From contig JAUSIS010000008.1 in NCBI GenBank assembly GCA_030647355.1, positions 1 to 49,410 of the forward strand: a stretch of DNA of 49,410 bases. The letters are read 5' to 3'. This stretch comes from a bacterium. GTDB taxonomy: Bacteria > Patescibacteriota > UBA1384 > VFKW01. The first letter of the stretch is position 1; every line of letters starts with the position of its first letter. The notes under the pieces are model-generated. The model did no database searches. It was not told the origin of the DNA and saw nothing but the letters and a program-made list of their open reading frames with translations. Positions 7,692 through 17,806 of this stretch are shown in pieces. A program made the position numbers and the translations under genes.

Positions 7692-9599
7692 ATGACAAGT
7701 CGTGAAATAAGAGAAAAATTTATTACGTTTTTTCAAAAGGAGGGGCATCGTGAAATGCCTCCTTCTTCTTTAATTTCCGATGATCCGACAACCCTTTTTA
7801 CTACTGCCGGTATGCAGCGATTCAAGCGTCATTATGTTAATCCGGAAGAGGCGCCGGCCAGTCGCCTCGTTACTATTCAACCCTGTTTCCGCACCTCTGA
7901 TATTGAGGAAGTAGGGGATAGCACCCATCTGACATTTTTTGAAATGCTTGGCAATTTTTCTTTCGGCTACCCTACTCTCCCCTCTTCGTACTTCAAAAAA
8001 GAGGCGATCGATTTTGCCTGGCGCTTTTTAACTGAAGAATTAAAAATTGATAAATCTCGCATCTACGCCACCTATTTTCAAGGCGATAATATGGTTGACG
8101 AAGATCATGAATCCAAGCAAATTCTGGAAACGTATTTAGAAAAGGGCTTAACCAAAATAGTAGCACAGGGCTTTGAAGACAATTTCTGGTCATTAGGCAC
8201 AGAAGGTTCTCCCGGTGGCCCAACAGTTGAATTCTATGTTTCACCTCGAGCGAATAAACGTGGCGATGAGTCGAGGGGGGATGGTGTTGAGGTTTGGAAT
8301 TTGGTCTTTAATGAATATATTTTCAAAAAAGGTAATTATCAACCCTCTAAACATAAGGGTGTTGATACGGGCATGGGCTTGGAACGTCTCGCCGTAATGA
8401 TGCAGGATAAAGACGATGTGTTCCAAACAGATCTCTTTACCCCAATAATTGCAAAAATTGAAGAACTGACTGGTAAAAAATATCAAGACAATACCAAAGC
8501 GTTTCGGATCATTGTCGACCACTTACGCTCTTCTTGCTTTCTTCTTGCGGAAGACATGACGCCATCCAATATTGGTCAAGGATATATATTAAGAAGATTA
8601 ATTAGAAGAGCAATAAGATATGGCTGGATGCTTGACTTAAAAAAAAGGGATCAACAACAAATCCTAAACTCCATCCTCTTGCAGTATAATGATATTTACT
8701 CTGCCTTGAAGCAAGAACAAAAGATAACACAATCCTTTCTAGAAGAAGAGAAAAAATTCCAACAAACTATCCAAATAGGTCTAAAAAAAGCAGCTTTCAT
8801 CTTGGAAAAGAAAAAACCTCTACCGGATGATATCTACGCAAAAATCATGCAGCTTCCAAAGAGAGAAGAAACTTTGCATCGTCTCCACATTGCAGAGCCA
8901 TCAGATGAGCTTGATCCTGAATTGCAAAAAATCGGTATCCAAATCACTAACCGCGAATTTCACAATGCCTTTATAACGGGCGAAGAAGCCTTTAATTTAT
9001 TTCAAACCTATGGCTTTCCGATCGAAATAATAACTGAATTGGCGCAAGAAAAGCGTCTATTCGTGGGTGTTACCGCTTTCCAAAAAGAATTAAAAAAACA
9101 TCAGGAAGTTTCTCGTGTTGGCGCCGGTATGTTCAAGGGTGGCCTTCAGGAAACTGGGGAGCAAGAAGTAAAATACCATACTGCCACGCACCTACTACAT
9201 GCTGCGCTTAGAGAAGTTTTGGGTGAACATGTTCAGCAAAAAGGTTCCAATATCACCGCCGAGCGTCTTCGTTTTGATTTTTCTCATCCCGAAAAAATGA
9301 CCCTCGAGCAAATCAAAAAAGTTGAAGGCTTGGTAAACGAAAAAATTAAAGATGATCTGGCAGTTCGTAAAGAAGAAATGACTCTGGAAGAAGCCAAAAA
9401 GAGGGGAGCTTTAGCATTTTTCACCCAAAAATACGGCGATAAGGTTTGTGTATATACTATAAGCGATGAAAAACCCTACTCCATGGAAGTATGCGGCGGT
9501 CCCCACGTTGAACGCACTGGCAAATTAGGTCATTTTAAAATTACCAAAGAAGAAGCATCTTCCGCTGGCATCCGCCGCATTAAAGCGGTTTTGGAGTAA
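7692..9599 (+). CDS. alaS: Alanine--tRNA ligase (short form lacking C-Ala domain)
   Basis: TTAGMQ, HLTFFEMLGNFS, DTGMGLER, editing HTATHLL and CGGPH; ends at GIRRIKAVLE. Confidence 0.96.
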   Translation: MTSREIREKFITFFQKEGHREMPPSSLISDDPTTLFTTAGMQRFKRHYVNPEEAPASRLVTIQPCFRTSDIEEVGDSTHLTFFEMLGNFSFGYPTLPSSYFKKEAIDFAWRFLTEELKIDKSRIYATYFQGDNMVDEDHESKQILETYLEKGLTKIVAQGFEDNFWSLGTEGSPGGPTVEFYVSPRANKRGDESRGDGVEVWNLVFNEYIFKKGNYQPSKHKGVDTGMGLERLAVMMQDKDDVFQTDLFTPIIAKIEELTGKKYQDNTKAFRIIVDHLRSSCFLLAEDMTPSNIGQGYILRRLIRRAIRYGWMLDLKKRDQQQILNSILLQYNDIYSALKQEQKITQSFLEEEKKFQQTIQIGLKKAAFILEKKKPLPDDIYAKIMQLPKREETLHRLHIAEPSDELDPELQKIGIQITNREFHNAFITGEEAFNLFQTYGFPIEIITELAQEKRLFVGVTAFQKELKKHQEVSRVGAGMFKGGLQETGEQEVKYHTATHLLHAALREVLGEHVQQKGSNITAERLRFDFSHPEKMTLEQIKKVEGLVNEKIKDDLAVRKEEMTLEEAKKRGALAFFTQKYGDKVCVYTISDEKPYSMEVCGGPHVERTGKLGHFKITKEEASSAGIRRIKAVLE

Positions 9600-9603
9600 A
9601 TAT

Positions 9604-10330
9604 ATGGAAGGAATATATAATATCGTCTTTATATTTTTAGTCATTTGTATTGGCCTCATGGCTATTCTAGTAATATTCTTTCGTCAGTTTCCCAGCCTAA
9701 TTTCCGAGCCTTTAATTCGAGCATTCCAAACTCAAAAGAAGACAAAAAGCAAAGACGAATTGGCCAAAGAAGCTATAGGTAAAAAATTCGTCGCCAATTA
9801 CTACGGCTTTCTAGTACCACCAGAAAAAATTGGCTCACTACAAAAAAAACTTATTACATTCAGGAAAAAGCGTCCGCCGCTCCAATCGTTCCTAATTCAA
9901 GTTTTGATATATCTTCTTATCACCTACATTCTCATTCCTGAATTAGATCTGCCAATAATTAATCATCTCGCTCTAATTGGATTCACTCTTCTATCTGTCC
10001 CCCAATTATTTTGGAGGTATAAATATCAAATAGATGAAATGGAAATTAAGCAAAACAGTATCTCTGCCAAAGCAGGAGATAATCAATTTGAGGTCGCATC
10101 GGCTGATTTTCAAGTTACTTTAGTTAATGGACTTAAAAAAAAACGGTCCACTATATATAACCAATGTAAATGGAACGACATATGGCTTTTTTACAACCCA
10201 AGAATTAGACGAATATATGTCACAATTACCGGGTTTCAGAAATGAAACTAAAAAAGCCTTAATTATCCAATCAATCTTTTTCCTGTTAGGAATAGCCATA
10301 TTTGCACTTGGAATCATAATGGAAATGTAG
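9604..10330 (+). pseudogene. Membrane protein frameshifted at an A9 tract (10135-10143)
   Basis: ORFs 9604-10245 and 10127-10330 join into one reading frame (...VNGLKKNGPLYIT...) ending in a TM helix if the tract is A8. Confidence 0.65.
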
Positions 10331-10375
10331 AGCATTTATACGCTGGCGTCCGTCGTATCAAAGCAGCACTCAAAT

Positions 10376-10404
10376 AAAAAAAAGCGAAACCGAAGTCTCG
10401 CTTT
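10376..10404 (-). terminator. Terminator of the 10420-11202 gene
   Basis: Minus strand aaagcgagac-ttcg-gtttcgcttt followed by a T tract. Confidence 0.75.
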
Positions 10405-10419
10405 ATAAATGGATTCGGG

Positions 10420-11202
10420 CTAACCCGTGGGTTGCATAGCGAATGAGCCTGTCGCGATTACTGCCTGTGCGTACGAGGCATCCCGCTGAACTTCGCCGAG
10501 GGTCACTCGATTCTCAGCGAAGCAGGTTCTGAACCGCTCCCTGATCTCAGGTTCCAGTTCACTAAGTGCCCATCCCATCTCGTAGGCGATAGCGACCATC
10601 AGCTCGCTTTTCTCGTCTGTAGCAAGTATCATCTGTTTGACGATCGGCATACAGGCAAGCTGGCAGAGCTGCTGAGCGTTCGCCTCATCGGCGCCGATAT
10701 GTCTGTAAAGTCCTTGGAGTAGCGATCTCTCATAGCCCAGACTGCTAGAGAAATCGGAGGTCAAGCGCTGCAGGCGGTCGGTCAGATCTATGATTGCCCG
10801 CTGAGTCAGTTGTCCCCTTTCTGCCAGGGATTTCATCCGGTCGAGTATGGCAAATACAACCACGAGTCGGATATATGTACGAACCGCCATTTCATCTACG
10901 ACCGGGATAGCCCCGAATATTGACTCGATAGCCGACCGAACCTTCGGTCCACCTCGCTTCGCCATCTGGGCCAGTAGCTTGTTTTCGGCAAGCTGTTGTA
11001 GCCCTTCCGGTGCTCTCACATCCTGATAGATTTCGAGCCCGGCCACGATGGTTTCCCTGTTCTCCTCTAGAAAGTCGGAGGGTTGGGTCAGCACCATGTG
11101 CATCCGAGTGAGGATGCTAGATGACACTTTACCCTCATCCCGTAGCAACTGGACGAGAGCTACGAACACAGACAAGCGTTCAGAAAAACTCCATTTCTTC
11201 AT
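10420..11202 (-). CDS. Hypothetical helical protein with an internal two-fold repeat (GC-rich orphan cassette)
   Basis: Start reassigned to the ATG at 11202 downstream of SD ggagg; own promoter and terminator. Confidence 0.75.
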   Translation of the reverse strand: MKKWSFSERLSVFVALVQLLRDEGKVSSSILTRMHMVLTQPSDFLEENRETIVAGLEIYQDVRAPEGLQQLAENKLLAQMAKRGGPKVRSAIESIFGAIPVVDEMAVRTYIRLVVVFAILDRMKSLAERGQLTQRAIIDLTDRLQRLTSDFSSSLGYERSLLQGLYRHIGADEANAQQLCQLACMPIVKQMILATDEKSELMVAIAYEMGWALSELEPEIRERFRTCFAENRVTLGEVQRDASYAQAVIATGSFAMQPTG

Positions 11203-11233
11203 ATCCATCCCTCCAGAAGTATTCAGTATGAAT

Positions 11234-11262
11234 AGTATAGCCCAACAACAAGCCAATGTCAA
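11234..11262 (-). promoter_or_regulatory. sigma70 promoter
   Basis: TTGACA-17 nt-TATACT on the minus strand. Confidence 0.7.
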
Positions 11263-11332
11263 CCATATACCCACTGGCTACTTGCAAGGTCCGAACCAAC
11301 ATGATAACCTATATAAGAGGGGTAGAACCAAC

Positions 11333-12589
11333 ATGGGAATTTTTGATATATTTACTAAAAAAACAAACACTGATGATTATGCCATTTCTCTAGATATAGG
11401 CACTGAATTTGTCAAAACAATAATTTTTCAAGTTAAAGACGGCAAGGGATATGTTAAGGGTGTTGGAAAACAGCGACAAAAATTGTCCGACATGCAAGGC
11501 GGTACAGTAACCGATATCCAGGGAGTAATCAGAAACTGCGAAGCCGCAATTTCTCGCGCCGCCGAACAAGCAGGCGCCCTGCCTCAACAAGTTGTCATCG
11601 GGATAGCCGGTGAATTGGTTAAGGGAGCAACAACCACCGTCCGCTATACTCGCGATAACCCGAAGTTAAAAATTGAACTTCCGGAACTAAAAGAAATAAT
11701 CAACCGAGTACAGCGCCGGGCATTTGAAAGAGCTCGAGAAATTCTCGCTTGGGAAACCGGTCATGAAGAAGTTGATGTTCGGCTGGTCAATGCCGCTATC
11801 GTTGATGTGTTAATTGATGGATATAAAGTAACAAATCCCATTGGCTTTCAGGGCAAAGAGTTGCAAATTGGCATTTACAACTGTTTTGCTCCGATTGTTC
11901 ATTTGGGGGCGCTACAGACCATTGCTGAAGAATTAAAATTAGATTTAATTTCTGTCACCGCCGAACCTTATGCGGTAGCTCGTTGTATGGGGAGCGAAGA
12001 ATCAACTGAATTTTCCGCTATTTTTTTGGACATCGGCGGCGGTACAACAGATATTGCTGTCGTCCGAAATGGCGGTGTTGAAGGTACAAAAATGTTTGCC
12101 CTCGGCGGACGGGCATTTACTAAACGCATTGCTACAGTAACTGGAGAAAACTTTCCCGAAGCCGAGAAATTGAAACTCTCCTATTCTGCCGGCGATGCCG
12201 ATAAAGAAGATAAAGAACTGATTAAGCGAGCCCTCGAAACAGATTGTGAGGTCTGGCTTTCTGGTGTAGAATTAACATTGGGAGAATTCTCAAATGTTGA
12301 TCTCCTGCCTTCTAGAATTTTTATTTGTGGTGGGGGAAGTAATCTTCCTGAAATTGCCAAAAGTTTAAAAACTGATGATTGGCTAAAAACCCTACCTTTT
12401 GCCAGAAAACCGGTAGTTCATCATTTAAAACCGAAAGATGTCACTAATATTATTGACGAAACAGGTGAACTTCAGGACCCTTCAGATGTTACCCCTATGG
12501 CATTGGCTAATGTTGCTTTGGATTTAGTCGGCGAAGAAACCGTGATGGAAAGTATTCTAGGCCGCGTTGTCCAATCACTGCGCAATTGA
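11333..12589 (+). CDS. FtsA/PilM-like actin-family ATPase (FtsA-domain protein)
   Basis: Phosphate-1 DIGTEFVK, phosphate-2 DIGGGTTD, adenosine GGGSNLP; start reassigned to the ATG at 11333 (SD gagggg). Confidence 0.8.
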   Translation: MGIFDIFTKKTNTDDYAISLDIGTEFVKTIIFQVKDGKGYVKGVGKQRQKLSDMQGGTVTDIQGVIRNCEAAISRAAEQAGALPQQVVIGIAGELVKGATTTVRYTRDNPKLKIELPELKEIINRVQRRAFERAREILAWETGHEEVDVRLVNAAIVDVLIDGYKVTNPIGFQGKELQIGIYNCFAPIVHLGALQTIAEELKLDLISVTAEPYAVARCMGSEESTEFSAIFLDIGGGTTDIAVVRNGGVEGTKMFALGGRAFTKRIATVTGENFPEAEKLKLSYSAGDADKEDKELIKRALETDCEVWLSGVELTLGEFSNVDLLPSRIFICGGGSNLPEIAKSLKTDDWLKTLPFARKPVVHHLKPKDVTNIIDETGELQDPSDVTPMALANVALDLVGEETVMESILGRVVQSLRN

Positions 12590-12638
12590 GTTTTATATAA
12601 ACAGAGTATTAAGATAGCTAAATTGTTAAAGGAAATTT

Positions 12639-14420
12639 ATGGATTCAGTGATTTATTTAGAGCCAGACGAAGAGATCACTTCTGTAATTGAGAAACTAAA
12701 GCGTTCCAAGTCGCCCATTGTTGGTATTGTCGCCCCCAGAAACGCTGTACTTCTACAAAGCGTTGTCAATCTAAAATTATTAAAACGCCAAGCTGCCACA
12801 TTAAAAAAAGAAATGGCCTTAGTTACTGCTGATAAAATTGGGCAAAATCTGGCTTTACGCACTGGAATCACCGTTTATGCCAACGTTCACGATACCGAAC
12901 CCCTGGAACCTCTTACTGCCCCTAAACCGGATAGTATAGTGGAAGATGACTTAGCGCCTGCAATACCCATCTCACCGAGCGGAGCTTTCAAGGTCCATCG
13001 CTATGATGAGAGATCTGATATTGTTGACGCTAAGTCTGCTGAACAACTAAATGAGGATGAAAACATTGCGGATTTCTCCTCCCACCCCATAGAACAAAGC
13101 GATCCCCAGCAGTCAGAGAGCGAACCGGAAATTCCTGATGAAAAATCAGAAGACAAACCAGAGACTGAAAAAGAACATAAACCCACCCAAAAAGATGAGA
13201 TACGTTCCGACCCGGCTATCCAAAAAACACATATCAAGAGCAATTATTTGAAAATCGTCCCTGTGCTGGTTGCAGCGCTGATAATTATCGTGGTAGTTGG
13301 TTATCTAGCCCTATCGTCCGTTTCAAAAGCTACTGTCAAAATAGTCGTTTCTGCTGAACCCATCAAGCAGGAGCTTGAAGTTACAGTAACCAAAGACCGC
13401 ACCCAGATTGACGCGGTCAACAACCTTATACCGGGGCGCCTGATTGAATCTATTCAACAAAATAGCCAAAAATATGATGCCAGTGGAAAAAAAGATATTG
13501 GCGAAAAAACTACTGGTAAAATTACACTTTACAACGCTTATAGCTATACCTCAACTATTACTATTGCCAAGGGAACTAAAGTCACGTCCGGGGACAAGAA
13601 TTATTATACTCAAGCCAGTGCCACAATTCCCAAAGCTACGCCTGGCATAGGGATCGATCAAGACGGTCAGCCAATAATAATACCCGATCCCCCTGGTTCA
13701 GTTGAAGTTGATATACTCGCATCAAGCTCAGGCGCTGGATATAACATACAACCATCCAAATTTACTATATCAGGATATTCGGCGAGTAAAGTCTATGGTG
13801 AGAACAAAACAGCCCTCGCTGGAGGTTCGACAAAAGAAGTTACCATCATCACCCAAGCCGATATCGATAAAGCAACCTCCGATATCACCAAAAGTTTATA
13901 CGCTAAAGCTTTAACCGATTTGAAAACCAAATCAGGACAAGCCACTTTCTTGCAAGAGGCACTTAAAAATGAAATTGTTGAAACAAGTTCTAATACTGAA
14001 GTTGGGACAGAGGCTAGTGATTTCACATTTACTGCTAAAACCAAATCCAGCATCCTTATATTTGATAATGGGAAACTAAACGACCTAATAACCCAGGATT
14101 TAACCTCGAAGATTTCCAAAGATCAATCACTCCTGACTACTGATACCAAAAATCTAAAGATAATAGTTATCTCGTCCGACCCCCAAGCCGGTTTAATGAA
14201 AATATCTTTAACTGCCTCCGGAAAAATAGTTCCTAAAATTGATGAATCAAAAATTAAAGCTGACCTAGCCGGGAAAACACGATCTCAAGTGGAATCATAT
14301 TTTCAAGACACCCCTGACATAAAAATGATTGATATAAAACTTAATCCTCCATGGTGGCTAAAGAAAATGCCTAAAACTATTGAAAAAATCAATGTTGACA
14401 TAAGTACCAAAAATAAATAA
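12639..14420 (+). CDS. Bitopic membrane protein with a baseplate J/gp47-like extracytoplasmic region
   Basis: N-terminal globular domain (IYLEPDEEITSVI), acidic linker, one TM helix, then GKITLYN..IAKGTKV..GAGYNI beta-rich region. Confidence 0.65.
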   Translation: MDSVIYLEPDEEITSVIEKLKRSKSPIVGIVAPRNAVLLQSVVNLKLLKRQAATLKKEMALVTADKIGQNLALRTGITVYANVHDTEPLEPLTAPKPDSIVEDDLAPAIPISPSGAFKVHRYDERSDIVDAKSAEQLNEDENIADFSSHPIEQSDPQQSESEPEIPDEKSEDKPETEKEHKPTQKDEIRSDPAIQKTHIKSNYLKIVPVLVAALIIIVVVGYLALSSVSKATVKIVVSAEPIKQELEVTVTKDRTQIDAVNNLIPGRLIESIQQNSQKYDASGKKDIGEKTTGKITLYNAYSYTSTITIAKGTKVTSGDKNYYTQASATIPKATPGIGIDQDGQPIIIPDPPGSVEVDILASSSGAGYNIQPSKFTISGYSASKVYGENKTALAGGSTKEVTIITQADIDKATSDITKSLYAKALTDLKTKSGQATFLQEALKNEIVETSSNTEVGTEASDFTFTAKTKSSILIFDNGKLNDLITQDLTSKISKDQSLLTTDTKNLKIIVISSDPQAGLMKISLTASGKIVPKIDESKIKADLAGKTRSQVESYFQDTPDIKMIDIKLNPPWWLKKMPKTIEKINVDISTKNK

Positions 14421-14542
14421 TTCAAAATCCATAAGATCCAAATGCAAGTCTACCAAAGTATTTTTATTTACCTGAATTTTTTTTTGTGTTATCATAATTT
14501 CTGATCCATATGATTAATATTATATTAATAAAGGTGTAATTT

Positions 14543-14977
14543 ATGAGCTTCTTGGGCTTAGATGTAGGTAAAAAGAGGATTGGAATGGCAATTGGTTCAG
14601 TAATTGCTGAAGAATTTAGTACGCTTACCATCAAAGACCCAGCTAAATCATTTTTAGACGGTAAAATCGGAACTAATCAAGCGGCTCAGCGACTTAGAGA
14701 AATAGTAGAGAGCAATAGAATAGAGAAAATTATCATTGGTAACCCAATTAACCAAGACGATAGCGATACTCAAATGTCTCGAGACATTCAGCTATTTTCC
14801 CAAAAACTAATGAGCTCCCTAGATATTCCAATAGAGATGACTAATGAGTCGCTAACCAGCTACGCAGCCGAGGAAATGCTTAAAGAGGAAGGGCTGTCTA
14901 TTAAAGAAACGAAACTTCGAGTTGATCAAACCGCGGCTAAACTTATCCTTCAGCAATATATTGAAGATCATCCATAA
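14543..14977 (+). CDS. ruvX: Holliday junction resolvase-like / pre-16S rRNA nuclease YqgF
   Basis: LGLDVGKKRIGMA, NESLTS, DQTAAKLILQ. Confidence 0.9.
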   Translation: MSFLGLDVGKKRIGMAIGSVIAEEFSTLTIKDPAKSFLDGKIGTNQAAQRLREIVESNRIEKIIIGNPINQDDSDTQMSRDIQLFSQKLMSSLDIPIEMTNESLTSYAAEEMLKEEGLSIKETKLRVDQTAAKLILQQYIEDHP

Positions 14978-15002
14978 GAATTATTAATATAAGGAACTGT
15001 AA

Positions 15003-15917
15003 ATGCTTAAGAGAATCATCTTAATAATATTTCTCATTATCATAGGCCTCGCTTTTGGTACGTTAATGTATCTTAAGCAAGCAGTCTACACCCCGCTTAA
15101 TAAGTCCGATAATCATAAGAAACTTTTTGTTGTCCCTCAAAGAACTTCAACCCAAAATCTATCACGCAAACTTAAGGAAACAGGATTAATTAAGTCCCCG
15201 CTTGCATTTGTCATATATAGTAAGATAAAAAGAATAAACCTGCAAGCCGGACAGTATAAGTTTTCACCCTCAATGACTATTGCGACTATTGTAAACGATA
15301 TTTCTACCGGAAAGGTAGTAGAATATAAAGTAACATTTCCCGAAGGATTGAGGATAACCCAAATGGCAGATATTCTTGAATCTCAAGAAGTGGTCAAAAA
15401 ACAGGATTTTCTCAAAGCTGCCCAAGGACAAGAAGGATATCTCTTCCCTGACACCTACAGTTTTTCCAGTGGCATAAGCGCCAATCAAATTGTCAAAATT
15501 ATGAAAGATAACTTCCAGCAAAGAACCTCGGAGGTAAGAATAACCCCTAGAATATTAATTTTAGCCTCTATTGTTGAAAAAGAAATAAGTGCAACTGATG
15601 ACCGTTCCAAAATCGCAGGGGTATATACTAATCGTCTTAATATCAATATGCTTCTACAGGCCGATCCAACAGTCCAGTATGCCAAAGGGACCTGGGATGC
15701 AATCACCCAAAGCGATTACGAAACAGTGATATCACCATATAATACATATCTTAATGCCGGTCTTCCTCCGGGACCGATTTGTAACCCGGGGATAGCTAGT
15801 ATAGAAGCCGCCGCCAATCCCGCTAAGCATGAGTACTTCTACTTTTTTCATAAAAATGGCCAGACAGTATATAGCAAAACATTTATAGAACATCAAAATA
15901 ATCTAGCAAAATATTAA
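15003..15917 (+). CDS. mltG: Endolytic transglycosylase MltG (YceG)
   Basis: TFPEG, EGYLFPDTY, LASIVEKE, LQADPT, SPYNTY, GLPPGPICNPG. Confidence 0.95.
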   Translation: MLKRIILIIFLIIIGLAFGTLMYLKQAVYTPLNKSDNHKKLFVVPQRTSTQNLSRKLKETGLIKSPLAFVIYSKIKRINLQAGQYKFSPSMTIATIVNDISTGKVVEYKVTFPEGLRITQMADILESQEVVKKQDFLKAAQGQEGYLFPDTYSFSSGISANQIVKIMKDNFQQRTSEVRITPRILILASIVEKEISATDDRSKIAGVYTNRLNINMLLQADPTVQYAKGTWDAITQSDYETVISPYNTYLNAGLPPGPICNPGIASIEAAANPAKHEYFYFFHKNGQTVYSKTFIEHQNNLAKY

Positions 15918-15944
15918 TTTAAAAAGGGGATAGAAAGGTATTTT

Positions 15945-17726
15945 ATGTGTGGTATAGTTGGGTATATTGGCAAAAAAAATGGAGCTATTCCGGTCATTGA
16001 TGGCCTAAAAAGATTAGAATACCGTGGCTATGATTCTTGGGGAATTGCGGCAAAAGACTCTGGCCGCATTGATTTTCATAAACAAGTAGGTAAAATTGGC
16101 GCCTTTGAGTTAGCCAAGGATTTACCAGAATTCTCGGGAAATATCTGTATCGGTCACACTCGCTGGGCGACTCATGGCGGTGTAACAGAGGCTAATTCCC
16201 ATCCTCATTTCTCCTGCGACAATAAGATTGCTGTAGTACACAATGGGATTATTGAAAATTACCAAGAACTGCGAAAAAATTTGGAGGCAAAAGGCCATAA
16301 ATTCCGCTCTCAAACCGACACGGAAATCATCCCACATTTAATTGAAGAGAAGCTAAAGGAAAAACACAATCTTCCGTCTGCTGTTCGCCTTGCCCTAAAA
16401 GATTTAGAAGGAAGCTATGCCGTAGGTGTTATTAGCCAAGATGATGACATCTTGATTGGCGCCAGAAAAGGCAGCCCGTTAGTGTTAGGCATCGGAAATG
16501 GGGAGTTTTTTCTTGGCTCTGATGTCCCCGCCTTTCTTAAATATACAAATAAAGTCATCTTCCTAGATGAAAATCAAATGGCAATCCTAGATCAAAAAAA
16601 CCAAAGCTATAAAATAATGGATGTAAACACCAATAAACAATTAAACCCGGAAATTGCCACTATAGAATGGTCATTGGATGAGGCGGAAAAAGGCGGACAT
16701 CCCCATTTTATGATCAAAGAGATGCTTGAACAACCTTATGTTATAGAAAAAACGATCAGTGTGGAAGCAAATGAACTGAAAAAAGCCGCTTCGATGATTA
16801 AATCAGCCGAAAGAATCTATATTGTTGCTTGTGGGACTGCTATGCATGCCGGGATGTATGGAGCTTATATTTTTGCCCTAAGAAACAATCTTATTGTGCA
16901 GACCATATCGGCAGGAGAATTCCCGTATTTTGAACACCTGATTTCTACAAATGATTTAATCATTACTGTCTCCCAAAGCGGCGAAACGGCTGATGTGCTT
17001 GAAGCTGTACGCAGTGCCCATCGTTCAGGAGCAAAAGTCCTCTCGCTGGTTAATGTTATGGGCTCTTCGCTAATGCGTATGTCCGATATGTTCCTGCTAA
17101 CTAAAGCCGGTCCCGAAATATGCGTGCTATCAACCAAGGCCTATGTATCCCAGCAGGCAATGTTTGTGATGCTTTCAGCAACACTGGCAGGCGACATTAC
17201 AGCTGGCAAAAAAATCCTTCAGATAGCCAAAAACGATATAGCCAAAATTCTCAAACTAATGAGTTTAGATAAAATTAAAAAACTCGCTAGAGAAATTGCC
17301 ACTGTGCCCAATATCTATGCCATTGGTCGGGGAGTTAACTATCCGTCTGCCCTTGAAGGATGCCTAAAAATCAAAGAGGTTTCCTATATCCATGCCGAAG
17401 GTTTTGCCGGCGGAGATCTAAAACATGGTCCCATCTCGCTTATTGAGCCGGGAGTTCCTGTCTTGGCTTTCGTTGCCAATGATGGCTCCGATAAAGAAAT
17501 CCTTTCCAATGCTATGGAAGTAAAAGCGCGAGGCGCCCGAGTTATAGGCATTTCGTTTGAAAATAATCAGGTTTTTGACGAATATTTTCCTGTGGCTGCC
17601 AATGGTGTATATACTCCTATCTCAGCTATAGTATATACTCAGCTGATAGCTTACTTTATAGCACTAGAAAAAAAATTAGATCCCGATAAACCGCGGAATC
17701 TTGCCAAATCGGTTACTGTAAAGTAA
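15945..17726 (+). CDS. glmS: Glutamine--fructose-6-phosphate transaminase
   Basis: MCGIVG, LEYRGYDS, HTRWATHG, SQSGETAD, PRNLAKSVTV. Confidence 0.97.
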   Translation: MCGIVGYIGKKNGAIPVIDGLKRLEYRGYDSWGIAAKDSGRIDFHKQVGKIGAFELAKDLPEFSGNICIGHTRWATHGGVTEANSHPHFSCDNKIAVVHNGIIENYQELRKNLEAKGHKFRSQTDTEIIPHLIEEKLKEKHNLPSAVRLALKDLEGSYAVGVISQDDDILIGARKGSPLVLGIGNGEFFLGSDVPAFLKYTNKVIFLDENQMAILDQKNQSYKIMDVNTNKQLNPEIATIEWSLDEAEKGGHPHFMIKEMLEQPYVIEKTISVEANELKKAASMIKSAERIYIVACGTAMHAGMYGAYIFALRNNLIVQTISAGEFPYFEHLISTNDLIITVSQSGETADVLEAVRSAHRSGAKVLSLVNVMGSSLMRMSDMFLLTKAGPEICVLSTKAYVSQQAMFVMLSATLAGDITAGKKILQIAKNDIAKILKLMSLDKIKKLAREIATVPNIYAIGRGVNYPSALEGCLKIKEVSYIHAEGFAGGDLKHGPISLIEPGVPVLAFVANDGSDKEILSNAMEVKARGARVIGISFENNQVFDEYFPVAANGVYTPISAIVYTQLIAYFIALEKKLDPDKPRNLAKSVTVK

Positions 17727-17806
17727 TCTACATAAAGAAATCATAAACTAATTTGAAGATTTGCTTTTACTGGTTTATTCCACTAAGATGAACTCAAAGA
17801 GGACTT

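Noticed and set aside
11048-11332. 95-aa N-terminal extension of the FtsA-like ORF
   Set aside because: Overlaps the opposite-strand gene and its promoter; an SD supports the ATG at 11333.
12639-14420. Prophage or contractile injection system
   Set aside because: No sheath, tube, spike, terminase or capsid genes; the protein is membrane-anchored among housekeeping genes.
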